DNA of 64,000 nucleotides from Ophelia neglecta (taxonomy: Eukaryota): assembly GCA_965285935.1 (NCBI GenBank), contig OZ260663.1, positions 97,960,001 to 98,024,000 on the forward strand, written 5' to 3'. Of the stretch, positions 50,701-64,000 are shown piece after piece (position 1 is the stretch's first letter; every line of letters begins with the position of its first letter). Position numbers and translations under genes: made by a program. The notes below the pieces were generated by a model. The model was not told the origin of the DNA. It was given only the letters and a program-made list of their open reading frames with translations, and made no database searches.

Positions 50701-53700
50701 AAATTATCGTAAATGACATTTGATCGATTGACAATATATCAACTCCAATCGCATTAGTAAACAAGAATCTTATAGCAGTGTGTTTTCATTGCATAAATAT
50801 ATTGTATGATACCCTGCAATTTTCCAGTGTTTTTGTAAGCATGACTATCCTACTGGACTTGAGCTGCCAGATCATTTTCCAAAACTCGTCTGTCGTGTGT
50901 TGCGTTGGTGCTTAATGAAAAGATGAATAATTAATTTCGTATTTTTACATGTACCGAGTATGCGTATAATTAAAAACACCAATTGTAACCAGGTCAACTG
51001 TAACACAGATGTAACGCAATTCTTAAACTGTTTCCGATGATAAAGAACAGGTAGAAACACACAAAACGTACCTTGAGCAGCAACATAGGTGTTTTTTTGC
51101 CCGTTATATCCCTAGAAACAAGAAAACAAACCAATTGTTAGAAATACTTCATTCAACATGTCTTTATTGGTGTTAGAATATAACTTGCATACTCACAGTG
51201 ATGTAGTTTGCATTGATGTAGTCAGACTCAGATTCAGCATTATTAACTTCGAGAAAAACTCGCGTGGAATCATCTGAAACAGAACGATTCTACTGCAACA
51301 GATACACTAGTTTAAAATAGGAATCATTACGGTTCGTTTTGCAAGCAACAAAGTGGTACACGGCCAAACGCACAAGCAATTAACTAGCCAGGCAGAATAC
51401 ACTAGACGGTGAATATCAACCTACAAGCTTTAATGTTCAAAAACCTATTCCTGAGGTTGTTCTGTGGAAGGTTTGCTGCGATGCAGTAGTCCGATATGTC
51501 ATGACACGGTATCCCCTGAAAATAGCCAAAAGTAACAACACGTGAACGACGAGAGGTCGTTCAGTCTATTGAGTGCGGTTTCACTTTAAAGAGTATGAAC
51601 CAGAGCTATAGCCGTACTGCTGGGACTAAATGTTTCCTCAATAAAAAGCTTATTTCCTGAAAATATCTTCATTATGAGTGATTCAAATGTACTATAATTA
51701 CTTTATGACACACCCATTTCTAGACCGTGTTCTTAACTTAATTCTAAAAGACGGCGGAATCAACGTACATTGAATTCAAGCTTGAATCCATCATCTATAT
51801 CCATCCTTGTAATGTGGGCTTTCAGGTAGTCAAGCTTGATTGTGTATCCTCGAATGCCATCATTTTGGCCACCATTAACATAAAGTGCTTCGCTAATTTC
51901 CGGTTCCGACGGTTTTCGTTGGCCTACACTTATAGCGCTGCCAAACATTTCCTTATTGAACGCAATGGATGTGCGGTATTCCGAGGGACTGTTTGGTAAT
52001 TCATTCTCTGCTAGAAAAATTACAGTGAACCAAACATAGAACAATAAATTTTGCATTATATTTATCTAATGCGGTGGTTGTTTGTATATTGGATAGGTAT
52101 GATCATAGTTTGAAATTGCCACTTTGAGAAATGAAGATTCCTAACTTTACCAGAAATAAGATTCCGCTGTACCACTTGTCCTGACGGCGTCGTTAGTGCC
52201 AGATCATTATTCACAACATTCCTATTCCTCAAGGCTAACTTTCGCCGTTTCCTTTAATATAAATACAAAATGAGCCTTTTGATATCATTTGCGTGTACAT
52301 TTCGGTAAGGCTGCATACCATTGGTTTAGAACTATATATGATTATACCGATACTTGCGCAATGGTTTCGAAACCCAAAGGATGCCGATACTTAGGATAAA
52401 AAGTAGCAGTAATTCAATAAAAAGGCTGATTACACTTTTGAATAAGACAATGCGATACTGACACCTATGCAAGTGGAACAGTCTGCAGATACCAATATTT
52501 CCCATAAAAAAATTGAGAAGATAATAACAAAACTGTTCCTGTTAAGTCCTAAATGTGTTTTCATTTTCCAAATTGCAACAATTGGGTTTAAACAGGAAAT
52601 TCTGTCTTAGCCAGGACGTAGTGTGACCATGAATCCCACGCACCAATCCCCCCCCCAATCCCCCCCCCACACGCACACATACATCTCCCATCCCACACAC
52701 AATGAAACCTGCCTTAAAGACCACCTCTATATTCAGACCACATGGTAACTCACTAGCATTTTCAAGATAATGTAACCTGTCTTAACAGACCACCTTTATA
52801 GTAAGACCATTATTTTCCAGTCCCTTGGGTGGTCTCACTTCACAGGTTTCATCGTACTCGGCTACATATCAAACGAGGGCTTACACAATTTAACGGCTCA
52901 TCCCAGAAAGCCTGATGAACTGAACTAGCAACATGACTGATACTCAACAACAGAATTTTTTTTTGTAAATATACACCACTTTCTATGAACTAGATTCAGC
53001 CCTTTTGTATCCCGACCGCATCGAAATATTCAACCCAAACGATACCGATATTGACATAACTCAACTATTGATACGATACTGGTAGTATGGGATATAGGTA
53101 TGCAGCCCTATATATCAATGTTAGAGGAGTATGTCTATGCGTGCTATACATGAAGAGACTATAGGGATGTTACTTTGAAAGTGTCTAAATGCAACCTGCA
53201 ATTAGTAACATACGTCAGGGTAGATATGGCGATGTTGACTGCTACTACTAAGGATAACAGCACCACAGAGACACATATCATAGCTATGGTGTTTACATTG
53301 ACATCTCCAGCTTTAGGGCCTTTGCTTTCATCAGGGTAATCTAAAACAAAAAATTATATTTGACTTAAAAGTTTCGTTTTTCAGTGTATATTTAATTATA
53401 TTCAACTGTATAAATATTATATACAATGAAATGGTTCCTGGGGCATGTTGTTAAAAGATTCCTGACCTTAGCTAAAATATTTGATTTGGACTTGACTTTT
53501 TTTGACTTGAGTAGTCTTCTTTCCGAGTTAAGTCAAAGTCTTAAGGCTAAGACAGCTATATGGCAGGCTTGAGAAAAGCCCAAGTCTAAGTCTAAAATCA
53601 GGCTTACCTGAAAAAGAATCTTTTAACAACCTACTTAAATCTAGGTCAATTGATTTAAAGACACATTTCAAGGCTAAGTCTAAAACTATAGAAGCAAAGT

Positions 53701-56456
53701 TCAAGTCCAAAGCTAAGAAACTTTTATCAACTGACATATGGTCATCCACAATCGCGCCAAATATGAAGGTATTTTTGTTAATACTGAGTTACGGTTGTAT
53801 CCAACTGTAAGAATATATTCACCTCAAAGTGCCAATGAAAAATTAGAAGTTTCCAACGTTGTCTCTGTCTATATATATACATAGTTTGTGCATGTAACCC
53901 AATATCGGTAGGTTCTACTCACCGTTACAATCCGGGAGCTCGTATTCTGTCGGGCATTGACTACATCGCTGGTAATCATCACAGGTGACGTTCGAGGGGC
54001 AGTCAGAACAATCTTAACAGTAAAGAGATTAATTGAGCGAGAGTTTTTTTTACTTTAATGCAGATTGCTGTATCAAGCATATATATCCGTTAGACAACTC
54101 ATATTTGGTTCGTTTACCTACCTTTGGATTTGCTACCAAGAACAACCATCTGGCAAAGGCTGGTCTTTGACCCTTGGTGTGGCTTAAGTACTACATATCT
54201 TCCAATTAGGTTACTTTCACAGATCACCTCAGTAAATCGGGGGTTAGAGTTGATAGCCTTTGCACCAGCCTGGCAGTAACTACCTTCCGGTTGGGATGAG
54301 TTTCCAACCAGGATAGTATATCTCTTTTGTCCAACAACTGTATAAGAGTAGGACTTATGTAGTTTTATTTTATAATCATTTATAATTCCTGATGATTTAC
54401 CCTTTTACATCAGTAAATAGATTAAATCGCTATTTGGCCTTATATTTGTTGCATCATATTAAATGGAAAGCCGAAAAAACATATATTAGTACCACCGATC
54501 AGCAATACTTTATCAATGAGATACAGATGCCCAAGATCCACCATCCTCCAGGCAGTATTGTCTGAAGGTTGTGATACATAACACATTGTGTCCGACGGGA
54601 CGCCATCGATTGTCTGCTCCGTCGCGGCGCGAGCTGAAGCACTCTGTGTCGACCAGTTGCCCAACATTACATTGTCTGGATCAGATCAGAAAGTACACAG
54701 CGTGTTATTTTCGGGCGAATAGTTGTTAACTTTATGCTCTAAAGATTACCGGATAATTGTATTTAGTGATGCTGAGTTAATAAATTCAGCTATCATCAAG
54801 CCATTCGCTCAGTCTTATAACGCCTAACGTCTTTGCTAAACTTGTTTTCTGATATTTGGGAGTTGCCCTGGCTGCCACAAGTTTAATAACAAGTTTATTT
54901 ACTGCGTGGGAGCTGGAGATTGATTTATTGATGTGTGTGGGCTGTGGCTGCTATTTCCTGATGATTTCGGACCTACCTAATTAACCATCCCTGACTAATG
55001 ATTTTGCTTTGTCTGTCGGGAATCCACTTACGGCCTTTTGTTTGCTTTTGTGCTATTGGACATTCGATGTACTTGTTTTATCCAATTAAAGAACAGTTTC
55101 ACTTTCATAAGAAGTGCCCGAATATCGTTCCTTATATTTTTTACATTCACCTTGAAGGTTCCTTAAGAGAAATAATGCTATCTTAATTGGTAAACACACA
55201 TTTATGGATACAAACTATGCCGGAAATGCAGATCTTACCAATTGGGCATTTCTGGTCAATCCATGGTTCAGAACCACCTGGGCTCCTATCCTCACAGCCT
55301 ACCCCAGTATGACATTCCCGATTGTTTGCTTCGCAGCGACATTGGAATGCATACAGCATACGGTCTACCACATCTCGACATAAACCTGAGAAAAGGATGT
55401 GGGAATAATACGTTTGCCAAAACACTCGCAGATTGAAAAGAAACAGGTTGCACTGATCCAAATTAACATCACCTGCTTGCGTTTCTTGCTTGCTTTTTCA
55501 GGGTGATATTTTCATATTAATAGTATATCTAAAAACATCAACATTTTATCAATTTAATGGTTTTAAAGTACAATTAGCACATTTTCTGACACACACTGTA
55601 TATTCTGACTAGATGTAGATTGTACGTTTACATATAGAGGCGGGTTTAGTTTACTCAACCATATTTAATTACATTTACAGTAGTCAAGATAGAACGTATA
55701 GGTTAAACACGTTCAAAGATGAATACAATGACAGTATGTCACTTAATCATTTAGTAATTATACGTAGTTACTCATGTGCAATGGCTGTCAGCAAACATGC
55801 AGGCCGCATAACATGATAAATAAGCTATTACAATTCGACAAAAAAATTGGGGGACATGGATTATGGATAATCATAAAATCCGGATACTCGGAATCCGGAT
55901 AATCGGGCCTGTACTCTATTATGAAGTGAATCGCTAGTCAGCCAGTTATTTCCAGATAAGGAAAACCCTAGAGTATCGAGGCATACAGTAGGGAAGTTTA
56001 TGTCACTCGTCCCGGACGTACTGGGTCATGCTGCACAATGCTCAATCGAAAATATGTGGCTAGGTATCTTTCATATTTAGAAATATTGCTAAAGAACCAA
56101 AAAAACTTAACACAAACTTAACACAAACTTAATTTGATTGAATATTATATATGACATGACAGATTATGAATAAACCCCGACATGGTACTTGAGTGCGTGA
56201 AGTATACCGGGTTTATGTCATTACTCAATTACAGGAAAATACATTCAAATAACTTCACTTCCTTTTCAACTGAATCATATTATCGCTCTTCCAATGGGGC
56301 CTATCATATAAATATATTAGCTGACAATCTTACTTATTTTGGTAGCTTATCCCTCAATAATATATAAATCGGAAATAATACTGTACCTTGAACACCAGCA
56401 GAGGTCATATACAGGGTCACTAGAGCGAGCAGAGAAGTGTGTATTACTGCAGTCAT
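47737..56456 (-). CDS. Copy E: apparently intact F-type lectin/EGF receptor-type protein tyrosine phosphatase (SP-Cys-rich-FTLD-EGF-TM-PTP D1-PTP D2), about 23 exons
   Basis: Exons: 56387-56456 (MTAVIHTSLLALVTLYMTSAGVQ, signal peptide); 55239-55385; 54493-54675 and 54122-54337 (FTLD); 53923-54012 (EGF-like); 53214-53340 (TM); 52151-52251; ~51769-52011; ~51424-51514 (RNRFLNIKA); 51197-51273 (DYINANY); 51072-51111; 50813-50910; 50570-50698; 50211-50356 (WPDK..VHC); 49977-50113 (SAGIGRTG, MVQT); 49664-49810; 49420-49516; 49254-49327; 48972-49107; 48575-48706; 48326-48472; 47998-48133 (DGAARSG); 47737-47817 (stop). Phases are consistent and no stops were seen. Confidence 0.88.
52698..52856. mobile_element. 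Tc1/mariner(pogo)-type MITE in an intron of copy E
   Basis: Imperfect TIRs ACAATGAAACCTG ... CAGGTTTCATCGT, with internal GACCAC repeats. Confidence 0.6.
53440..53640. mobile_element. Palindromic MITE-like element
   Basis: Inverted repeat GTTGTTAAAAGATTC (~53447-53461) / GAATCTTTTAACAAC (~53616-53630), enclosing GACTT/AAGTC arrays. Confidence 0.55.
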
Positions 56457-56469
56457 GTTCTCCTGGTTA

Positions 56470-56476
56470 TGACTCA
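56470..56476 (-). promoter_or_regulatory. AP-1 consensus (TGAGTCA) 13 nt upstream of the copy E ATG
   Basis: Exact consensus, conserved at the same position in copy C. Confidence 0.3.
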
Positions 56477-58744
56477 ACGCCAGGGGGCGACAATGTCGCC
56501 CAAAAATAGTTCAGATAGACGTAACCTAGATACACAACTATATACAGACAAATTAGATATGTTAACAACCTAGAAAACACACTTAAATCTTTGGATGAGA
56601 GCCATAACCCGCGAGTCTATTAACAAAGACAGCGGCATGCGGTACACCGAAACGCCATAGCTGTATACTGTTAAACAAAGCAGATTGGGCTGGCAGTAGG
56701 AGATCAAAGAACGAATGTTTCAAGACTGGGGGAGGGGTTTGGAATGGGGGATGGGAGGGGAGGGGGGGGGGGGGGTTGAGGATACGACCAAAAATGACCC
56801 TGTGGTTTATGGCAGAAACATTGTTTCATAATCAGACGCCGGGGTGGTCTGTCTCCGGTCATGACATTGTATTAAATGTTGTTTATATCGTTACTTACAG
56901 TGAAAAGACCGAGGTGAGTGGAATGGGGTATTCAAAGGGCAAGTGAGAGAGTGGGTAAATTTTAATGTTTTTATGGAAAGGGAAGTCTGGGGGATTTGTG
57001 TAGATATGCTTTGAGAGGGGGACTTTTAGAGTTTTAGAAATTGGGAAGGTGTCCGTTTCCGACTTTTGGGGCCCAATTACAGTCCGGAGACTTTATTTTG
57101 AATTTATGGCCTGCTTGGCTGAACAGTCCGTTTCGCGGACGGACAGTTCAAAAAAATGTAATAATTGTCTACGACGTTGACACAAATTTGTGTCCTAGGA
57201 CACCTACTATAATACCCCCCCCCCTCAAAGAGCGTCAGTGGTTTTTAGCCGAAATGCATTAATAGTATTTGGCCCGAAACTGTTCCTGGGAAAACGCAAT
57301 GTACGCGGCACGATGCCAATTTTTGTACTTGAACAAGCGTACTTATCACCATCGCTTAACTGCCGTCAGACTTGACTGTTATTGGTGTAATTCCCTACGT
57401 AGACCAATATTACATAGCAAACACATCTCTATAATTACCGTATTGTTTTCTTATAAGCACCCATGCCTTAATAAGCGCCCAAACTCATTTGTATCTGTCA
57501 AAATCTTTCCATTCCGACAATTTTCACTAGGTTTAAAGCATAAAAATGCCACATAAATATTGAAGCACACCGTTCGCTTATTGCAGAGAAAGCGGTGCTC
57601 AGCGACGACATTCCCGACAATATTTAGTCAAATATGATTCGCGAAATTGCCCTACTAGTGAAGATGTCTTTACCTACAATGTGTAGTTCCTGGTGCTAGG
57701 TCAAAGGTCCATAACAAAATTGTTCAGCGCATTTAAATTAGCTGAGACCGAGTTAATCGGTGTTTCTATTGAGAAGGATTAAGTTTCAGGTCAAAATGGG
57801 TAGGTTTAAGGCCAAATCCAGTTTATTTAAACACCTATTTAGTAAGTTAAAATCGATCAATCACGTTCAACCTGACTTTATTTAAAGCTTAGAGTTAATA
57901 CCGCTTCTCGAAACCGGGCCTTGATTTTCCAGGATACATGATGTTTTACTGTACAACTACTGACCACATGTCCCTTCTTTTTGAAAGACACGTTGGGACT
58001 CCGAGTGTCTGCATTTAAGTCATCCGGGTATTCTTCTGCCGTGACGCTGTTCATACACTATTGTAGTTAACAGATTGTCAGTCATCCGTTTGCAAGTAAG
58101 CGCGGCACATCCAACACGCGACACGGAAGTCACACGCTCGATGCTATTTATGTCCTCGCAAATATTTGTTTTCGACCACCGATACAACTCAGAGCAGTTT
58201 GAAACTAGATTGTACTCGTTTTATAAAAGTGTATTTAAGTAGTATTCCCTGTCTCTCTATGTATTATATCAGTAGTAACACGAATGGCTAATGAAAACAG
58301 ACGCCACATGACGTCATCGGACCGTGGCGAGCGACTAATACCTCAGTGACCCGCCACGTGAGGTCAGGTGACAGTGGCAAGCCACTCATATATTAGTGAC
58401 CCGCCGGTTGACGTCACGAGCCAGCACTGACCCGGCGCGTGAATCTCGTACTGCATAAACCAGTGCTAGGTTTATTTGCCTCGTTTGAAATCCCATGGCA
58501 CTCTTTTTACGGCGAGACTTCGCAAAAAAAAACTAACAGATTTGGACACCGTAAGATGGTAGCACTATCAGCTTGGTTCACCGCCTGCAGATCTTTGGGA
58601 TGGCACTAGGTTTGTTGAGATCATATTTCTCTCAATTTTTTCGTTTATTTTATCAAATTCGGCCTGTCCATTTCCAAATTATAGATCAAATTATATATGG
58701 AATACATGGGACTTTTCGCATTTGGGATATTACACCCCTTTTCA

Positions 58745-58768
58745 CGAGTGGATGTATTTTTATCGCAA
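58745..58768 (+). repeat. Dispersed repeat core shared with 63707-63730
   Basis: Identical CGAGTGGATGTATTTTTATCGCAA at both sites; probably two copies of one non-autonomous element. Confidence 0.6.
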
Positions 58769-58974
58769 ACTGACTTGGTGTTACTGGTCCCATGAGTGGT
58801 TTGGCCGAATCTCGGTGTTTCGTTTGATACTAATTTCATTTCTGCCCCATGAGAACTGACGGACTAATGGTCAATTCTCGTCGCCGATATATTACCCCAA
58901 TTTCGATAAAAACGGCTGGTATCTCTGAACAGGGGGAGGGGGTTTTAATAGCCAATGTACGTGGCCTGGTACAT

Positions 58975-60905
58975 ATACGTCTACCTGTACCTGGCTCTCC
59001 ATCCTACTTGTACCTGGTTCTCGATCCTACCTGTACCTGGCTCTCCATCGGCCATCCTACCTGTACCTTACTCTCCGTCCTACCTGTACATGGCTCTCTA
59101 TCCTACCTGATCTCCATCCTACCTGTACCTGGCTCACCATCCTACCTGTACCTGGCTCTCCATCCTACTTGTACCTGGCTCTCCATCCTACCTGTACGTG
59201 GCTCTCCATCGGCCATCCTACCTGTACCTGGCTCTGCATCCTACCTGTACCTGGCTCTCCATCGGCCATCCTACCTGTACCTGGCTCTCCATCGGCCGTT
59301 ACTGTACTTGGCTCTCCATCCTACCTGTACCTGACTCTCCATCCTACCTGTACCTGGCCCACCGTCCTACCTGTACCTGACTCTCCATCCTACCTGTACC
59401 TGGCTCGCCATCCTACCTGAACCTGGCTCTCCGTCCTAACTGTACATGGCTCTCCATCCTACCTGATCTCCATCCTACCTGTACCTGACTCTCCATCCTA
59501 CCTGTACCTGGCTCTCCATTGGCCATCCTATCTGTACGTGGCTCCCCATCCTACCTGTACGTGGCTCTCCATCGGCGATCCTACCTGTACCTAAGATGTA
59601 CCTGGCTCTCCATCCTACCTGTACCTGGCTGCGCATCCTACCTGTACCTGGCTCTCCATTCTACCTGTACCTGGCTCTCCATCCTACCTGTACCTGACTC
59701 TCCATCCTACCTGTACCTGGCTCTCCATCCTACCTGTACCTGGCTCTCCATCAGCCGTTACTGAACCTGGCTCTCCATTCTACCTGTACCTGACTCTTCA
59801 TCCTACCTGTACCTGGCCCATCATCCTACCTGAACCTGGCTCTCTGTCCTACCTGTACATGGCTCTCCATCGGCAATCCTACCTGTACATGGCTCTCCAT
59901 CGGCAATCCTACCTGTACCTGGCTCACCATCCTACCTGTACCTGGCTCACCATCCTACCTGTACCTGGCTGCACATCCTACCTGTACCTGGCTAACCATC
60001 CTACCTGTACCTGGCTGCACATCCTACCTGTACCTGGCTAACCATCCTACCTGTACCTGGCTCACCATCCTACCTGTACCTGTCTCTCCATCCTACCTGT
60101 ACATGGCTCTTTATCCTACCAGATCTCCATCCTACCTGTACCTGGCTCACCATCCTACCTGTACCTGGCTCTCTGACAGCCATCCTAACTGTACCTGGCT
60201 CTCTATCGGCCATTCCAACTGTACCTGGCTCTCCATTCTACCTGTACCTGGCTTTCAACTCTGCATGTTACTGGTTCTTCAGTCTACATGTAATAGTCTG
60301 GGTGTTCTACCTGTACCTGTCTGTGTGTTCTACATGTACCTGTCTGTGTGTTCTACCTGTATCGTCTGTGTTATACCTGTATCGTCTGTGTTCTACCTGT
60401 ATCTGTCAGTCTGTCCTACCTGTATCTTTCTGTGTGTTCTACATGTAACTGTCTGGGTGTTCTACCTGTATCTGTCTGTGTTCCACCTGTATCTGTCTGT
60501 GTGTTCTAACTGTATCTGTCTGTGTTCTACCTGTACCTGTCTGTGTGTCCTACCTGTATCTTTCGGTGTGTTCTACATTTAACTGTCTGGGTGTTCTACC
60601 TGTATCTGTCTGTGTTCCACCTGTGTCTGTCTGTGTGTTCTAACTGTATCTGTCTGTGTGTTCTACCTGTCTGTCCGTCCTACATGTATCTGTCTGGGTG
60701 TTCTACCTGTACCTGTTTGTGTGTTCTACCTGTATCTGTCTGTGTTCTACCCGTACCTGTCTGTGTGTTCTTCCTGTATCTGTCTGTGTTCTACCTGAAC
60801 CTGTCTGTCTGTCTTACTTGTATCTGTCTGTGGTCTTTATGTACCTGTCTGTCTGTTTTACCTGTACCTGTCTGTGTGTTCTACCGGTTCCTGTCTGTGT
60901 GTACT
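58975..60905. repeat. Bipartite 23-bp minisatellite
   Basis: 58975-60255 has unit CTACCTGTACCTGGCTCTCCATC (with +7-nt variants); ~60290-60905 has unit CTACCTGTATCTGTCTGTGTGTT. Confidence 0.95.
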
Positions 60906-61889
60906 ACATATACATCTAGTTTGTGTCTATACATTCTAACTATATCAGTCTATTGGCAAGTGCTGAAAAGGGTAATGTGGTGCTCTGGAGAAAAACAATT
61001 TCTATCTGCTAATATTCAGACTGACACATGTCTAGTCTAGTTTTTAAGTCAGCTGTTATAGGCGCCAAATTTGCAAAATCTGGGCAAAGGTGATCAGGCA
61101 ACAAATTGAGTAAAATCATTATAATTATCAGGATCAACCTTTTAATGTTTAAGATGTTCAAATAGTTGATATTTTTGTGTATACCATAATATGACATATA
61201 TATTCACAGTTTACAGTGTCTTATTTATTATATTTATTATTTACATGAAAATAATCAAACTGTGATAATATTTTATTTCAGGAGGTCCAAAATGCCTTTG
61301 TGAGAGCAGGGGATTAGCTGGTGACAACTGTGAATGCCCAATGCATTTTCCACATGGACAGGACTTCAGTTACTTGAAGACATTATGCATGTAACATGTG
61401 AAAGTGTGGGAATTTTATTTCATTGCCGCACCTTGGCACCATGTAATTGTGGAATGGATCTGAACAATAGGTCAAAGTACAACACTCACAGAACTAGCAG
61501 TACTATCATGGGGGGCGGGGGGGGGGAGTGAAGGGTGCGTACATACAAACATGTATATGAGAGACTGGTAGTAAGTTCATGAAACATATCCACAATATGT
61601 ATCCCAATTCCAAAATACATGTACATCAGATTTTAGAAAAAGATTTCTGTGTTTCGTGGCATTGCTATAGTTAAGGGCAAAGCAGAGTACACCAGCATCA
61701 GCGCTGCCCACGGTGGGCCTTGCAGGCCCCAATTAGAATTTTTTTTAGTATTTCTTGACATTGCTATAGTGGCTTTTAGAGGAAACCTTAAGGCAACAGG
61801 TAACACGGTCGACCCAAATAAACATTTATGATTTTTTTTGAAACTGTGTACAGCCCGGGATCGGTCCATTCCTGAATGGAAACATTATA

Positions 61890-62173
61890 TAAGGCCAAAA
61901 AAAAAAAAATGTTTCCGGTCGCCCGACCCTACCTAGCAAAAGGTGCCCGGTCCTAAAATTTGTATGAGCATCTTAAAAAAAATTAACAATTGTCGCCAAA
62001 GTCTAAGAAACATCGTCCCTCGCGTTAAAGTTAACCACATTTAAAATACTGAAAAAATTACACCCACACCGCGAGGATAATTACAAAAAAAATTCTAAAA
62101 AAAAACTTTCCTACCTACCTACCCTATTTTTTTTGTCCATGTAATAGGAAACATAATATTTTTTTTTGGCCTA
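61890..62173. mobile_element. Non-autonomous DNA transposon (MITE)
   Basis: TIRs AGGCCAAAAAAAA ... TTTTTTTTGGCCT, ~280 bp, no coding capacity. Confidence 0.65.
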
Positions 62174-64000
62174 ACTTCCACCATATAACTTTTGATTTTA
62201 TTTAGAACTTGTGTTGAAAGTGACTGTCGGACAGGCATGCATGCATGCTATCCCTTACAATAGGATGGGGGCTTGTGCTCCTAAAATTGTTCTATTTATG
62301 TAGTGTGCTTACGTGGCCAGGTGGGGGGTTGTGTTCCTATAATTCTTGTATTCAATAAGTATGCTTGCCTGGCTAAGTCACAAATAATGTAGATGTTCTG
62401 ACATGATTTTTATGACTATTACTTTGCCCTTTATTATCAGTGCATCATCCTGGACTGAATGATAATAAATATATTGAATTTGCATTCTAGTTATTGTTTT
62501 CTTTCAAATAACTAATATGAACTTTTCTGGAAAGATTTTGTTTATATCAATATAATCCCAATCCCTTCTATGTTTAATTTAAGAGTGTGCAATTGTTAAG
62601 CATAGAACTTCAAAAATAAAAGCAAGAAATATCCAGATATTATTGCTTATTATTAAAATTTAATTCATTATTTAGCATTTTTTATTTGTTTTAGAAAACC
62701 GCAATTACCAGGAAAGTGTTAACAATTTATTTATAACACCCCCAAAAGAATCCCATTAGAAATAATAAGTACAAATATAATAAGTAAAAATGCTCGGTTT
62801 CCGAAAGCCTAAAAGAAGTGTCCTTGTCATCGCCTTTAAATTTAAGAAAAAGGTAAACATTCCCCTCCTGTTTATAAAAACAATGTGTGTTAGGGATTTT
62901 CACTAATGCCCTACCTATATCAATTAATGTAACTCTTCTTAAAATATGTTTCCCTTTATTAGACAACCACATCTAAACGTTGTTACTGTTGATTGTTTGA
63001 TCTTGGCTGAAAACTGAAAGATGTAAGTGTTCAATCAATAAAGGACTGTCATAAATATTATATCTCTCCAACAAAAGCAAAATCTAGAGTCACAAAAAAT
63101 TAAGACTTGCATTCATGGATCGATCCCAACGGTTGAAATACTCCATCCCTCCTCGCAAATGTATAAAAACCATGTGAAATCATCAAAATGACACCTCTCC
63201 CAGCCCTTCAACCCTGTCACACTACCCATTCCACACTGCCACCCCCTCAACCAGAATGGTCCTTCCCCCACCCTACCTCCTTCCCACCTAGACCTTACCT
63301 CCCCACCAAGACCCCCCCCCCCCCTAGTCAAATGCAATAAGCCTACTGATCATGATGTAATTTATTTATAATGCTTGAACATAGATTTACTCAAATGGAA
63401 ATGTCTGTGAAAAGTGTCATGTCACAGGTTTGTACATAATAAATTCGTGACTATCTGAAACCAGAGGCCTATCCCTTATTCTCATCCTTATTCTTAGCTA
63501 AAACCAAAACTCCGGTAATTCGAGAATGCCATTTAGATGTTAAGACAGGTCAATTGTAAATTCCTGTGGTATATTTCAATAAAACCCCAAAAATCCATCA
63601 AAGTCCACCAGCGTATGAGCTTTGTTGATAAACAAACCAATCGGCCTTGACCCAGGTGATGTCGGACAGGTTGGGGGGGGGGGGGGGGGGGGGGTATGCA
63701 AGTTCCCGAGTGGATGTATTTTTATCGCAAGCGCGCACGCTGGCCAAACTTTCAAAGATTGTTCATTAGACATTTTTGTTTCATAAAATATCAAAAGCTA
63801 ATATGCCTTTTCATAATTCCAAAACTTATAGCGAAAATTGCAAGAACACGGCCAAAAAAATATACAATCTCGCGAGCACTTGCACAGCCCGTGAGAGGCC
63901 ACCACCATTCCCGAAGTGTAAAAATATACTTTTATTTTATAGAACCTTAAAGAACAGAAAAGTAGCTTTCATTTACGTCTAAATATAGCTATGCAGTAAT

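Noticed and set aside
58849-61040. Cys/Leu/Pro-rich ORFs in the ORF track, and a superficial CRISPR-like periodicity
   Set aside because: The ORFs are translations of a stop-free 23-bp tandem repeat. There are no unique spacers or cas genes, and the DNA is eukaryotic.

Overview
Eukaryotic, AT-rich genomic DNA with spliceosomal GT-AG introns. The SINE/LINE content suggests a marine invertebrate, probably a lophotrochozoan such as a mollusc (inference). The window is dominated by a tandem cluster of five paralogous single-pass receptor genes, reconstructed here by eye exon by exon. Each has an F-type-lectin (fucolectin-like) ectodomain with optional EGF-like, FN3 or stalk exons. Copy A (+, <1-6639) ends in a short tyrosine-motif tail instead of phosphatase domains, has a TGA and is interrupted by a LINE. 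Copy B (+, 16359-26392) has tandem PTP domains but a catalytically crippled D1 and a TGA in D2. Copy C (-, ~30545-33640) is a truncated chimera. Copies D (-, 35576-42756) and E (-, 47737-56456) have intact tandem PTP catalytic motifs, and E looks complete from signal peptide to stop. Mobile DNA includes a near full-length CR1-group LINE with a 2A-like DIEANPGP motif, two RTE-X-like LINEs, degraded L2/CR1 fragments, a tRNA-derived SINE, several MITEs and a 23-bp minisatellite (59-61 kb). The best candidate for a new system is the cluster itself: a rapidly diversifying lectin-receptor family that pairs phosphatase, pseudophosphatase and Tyr-motif tails. Exon coordinates were read manually and may be off by a few bases.
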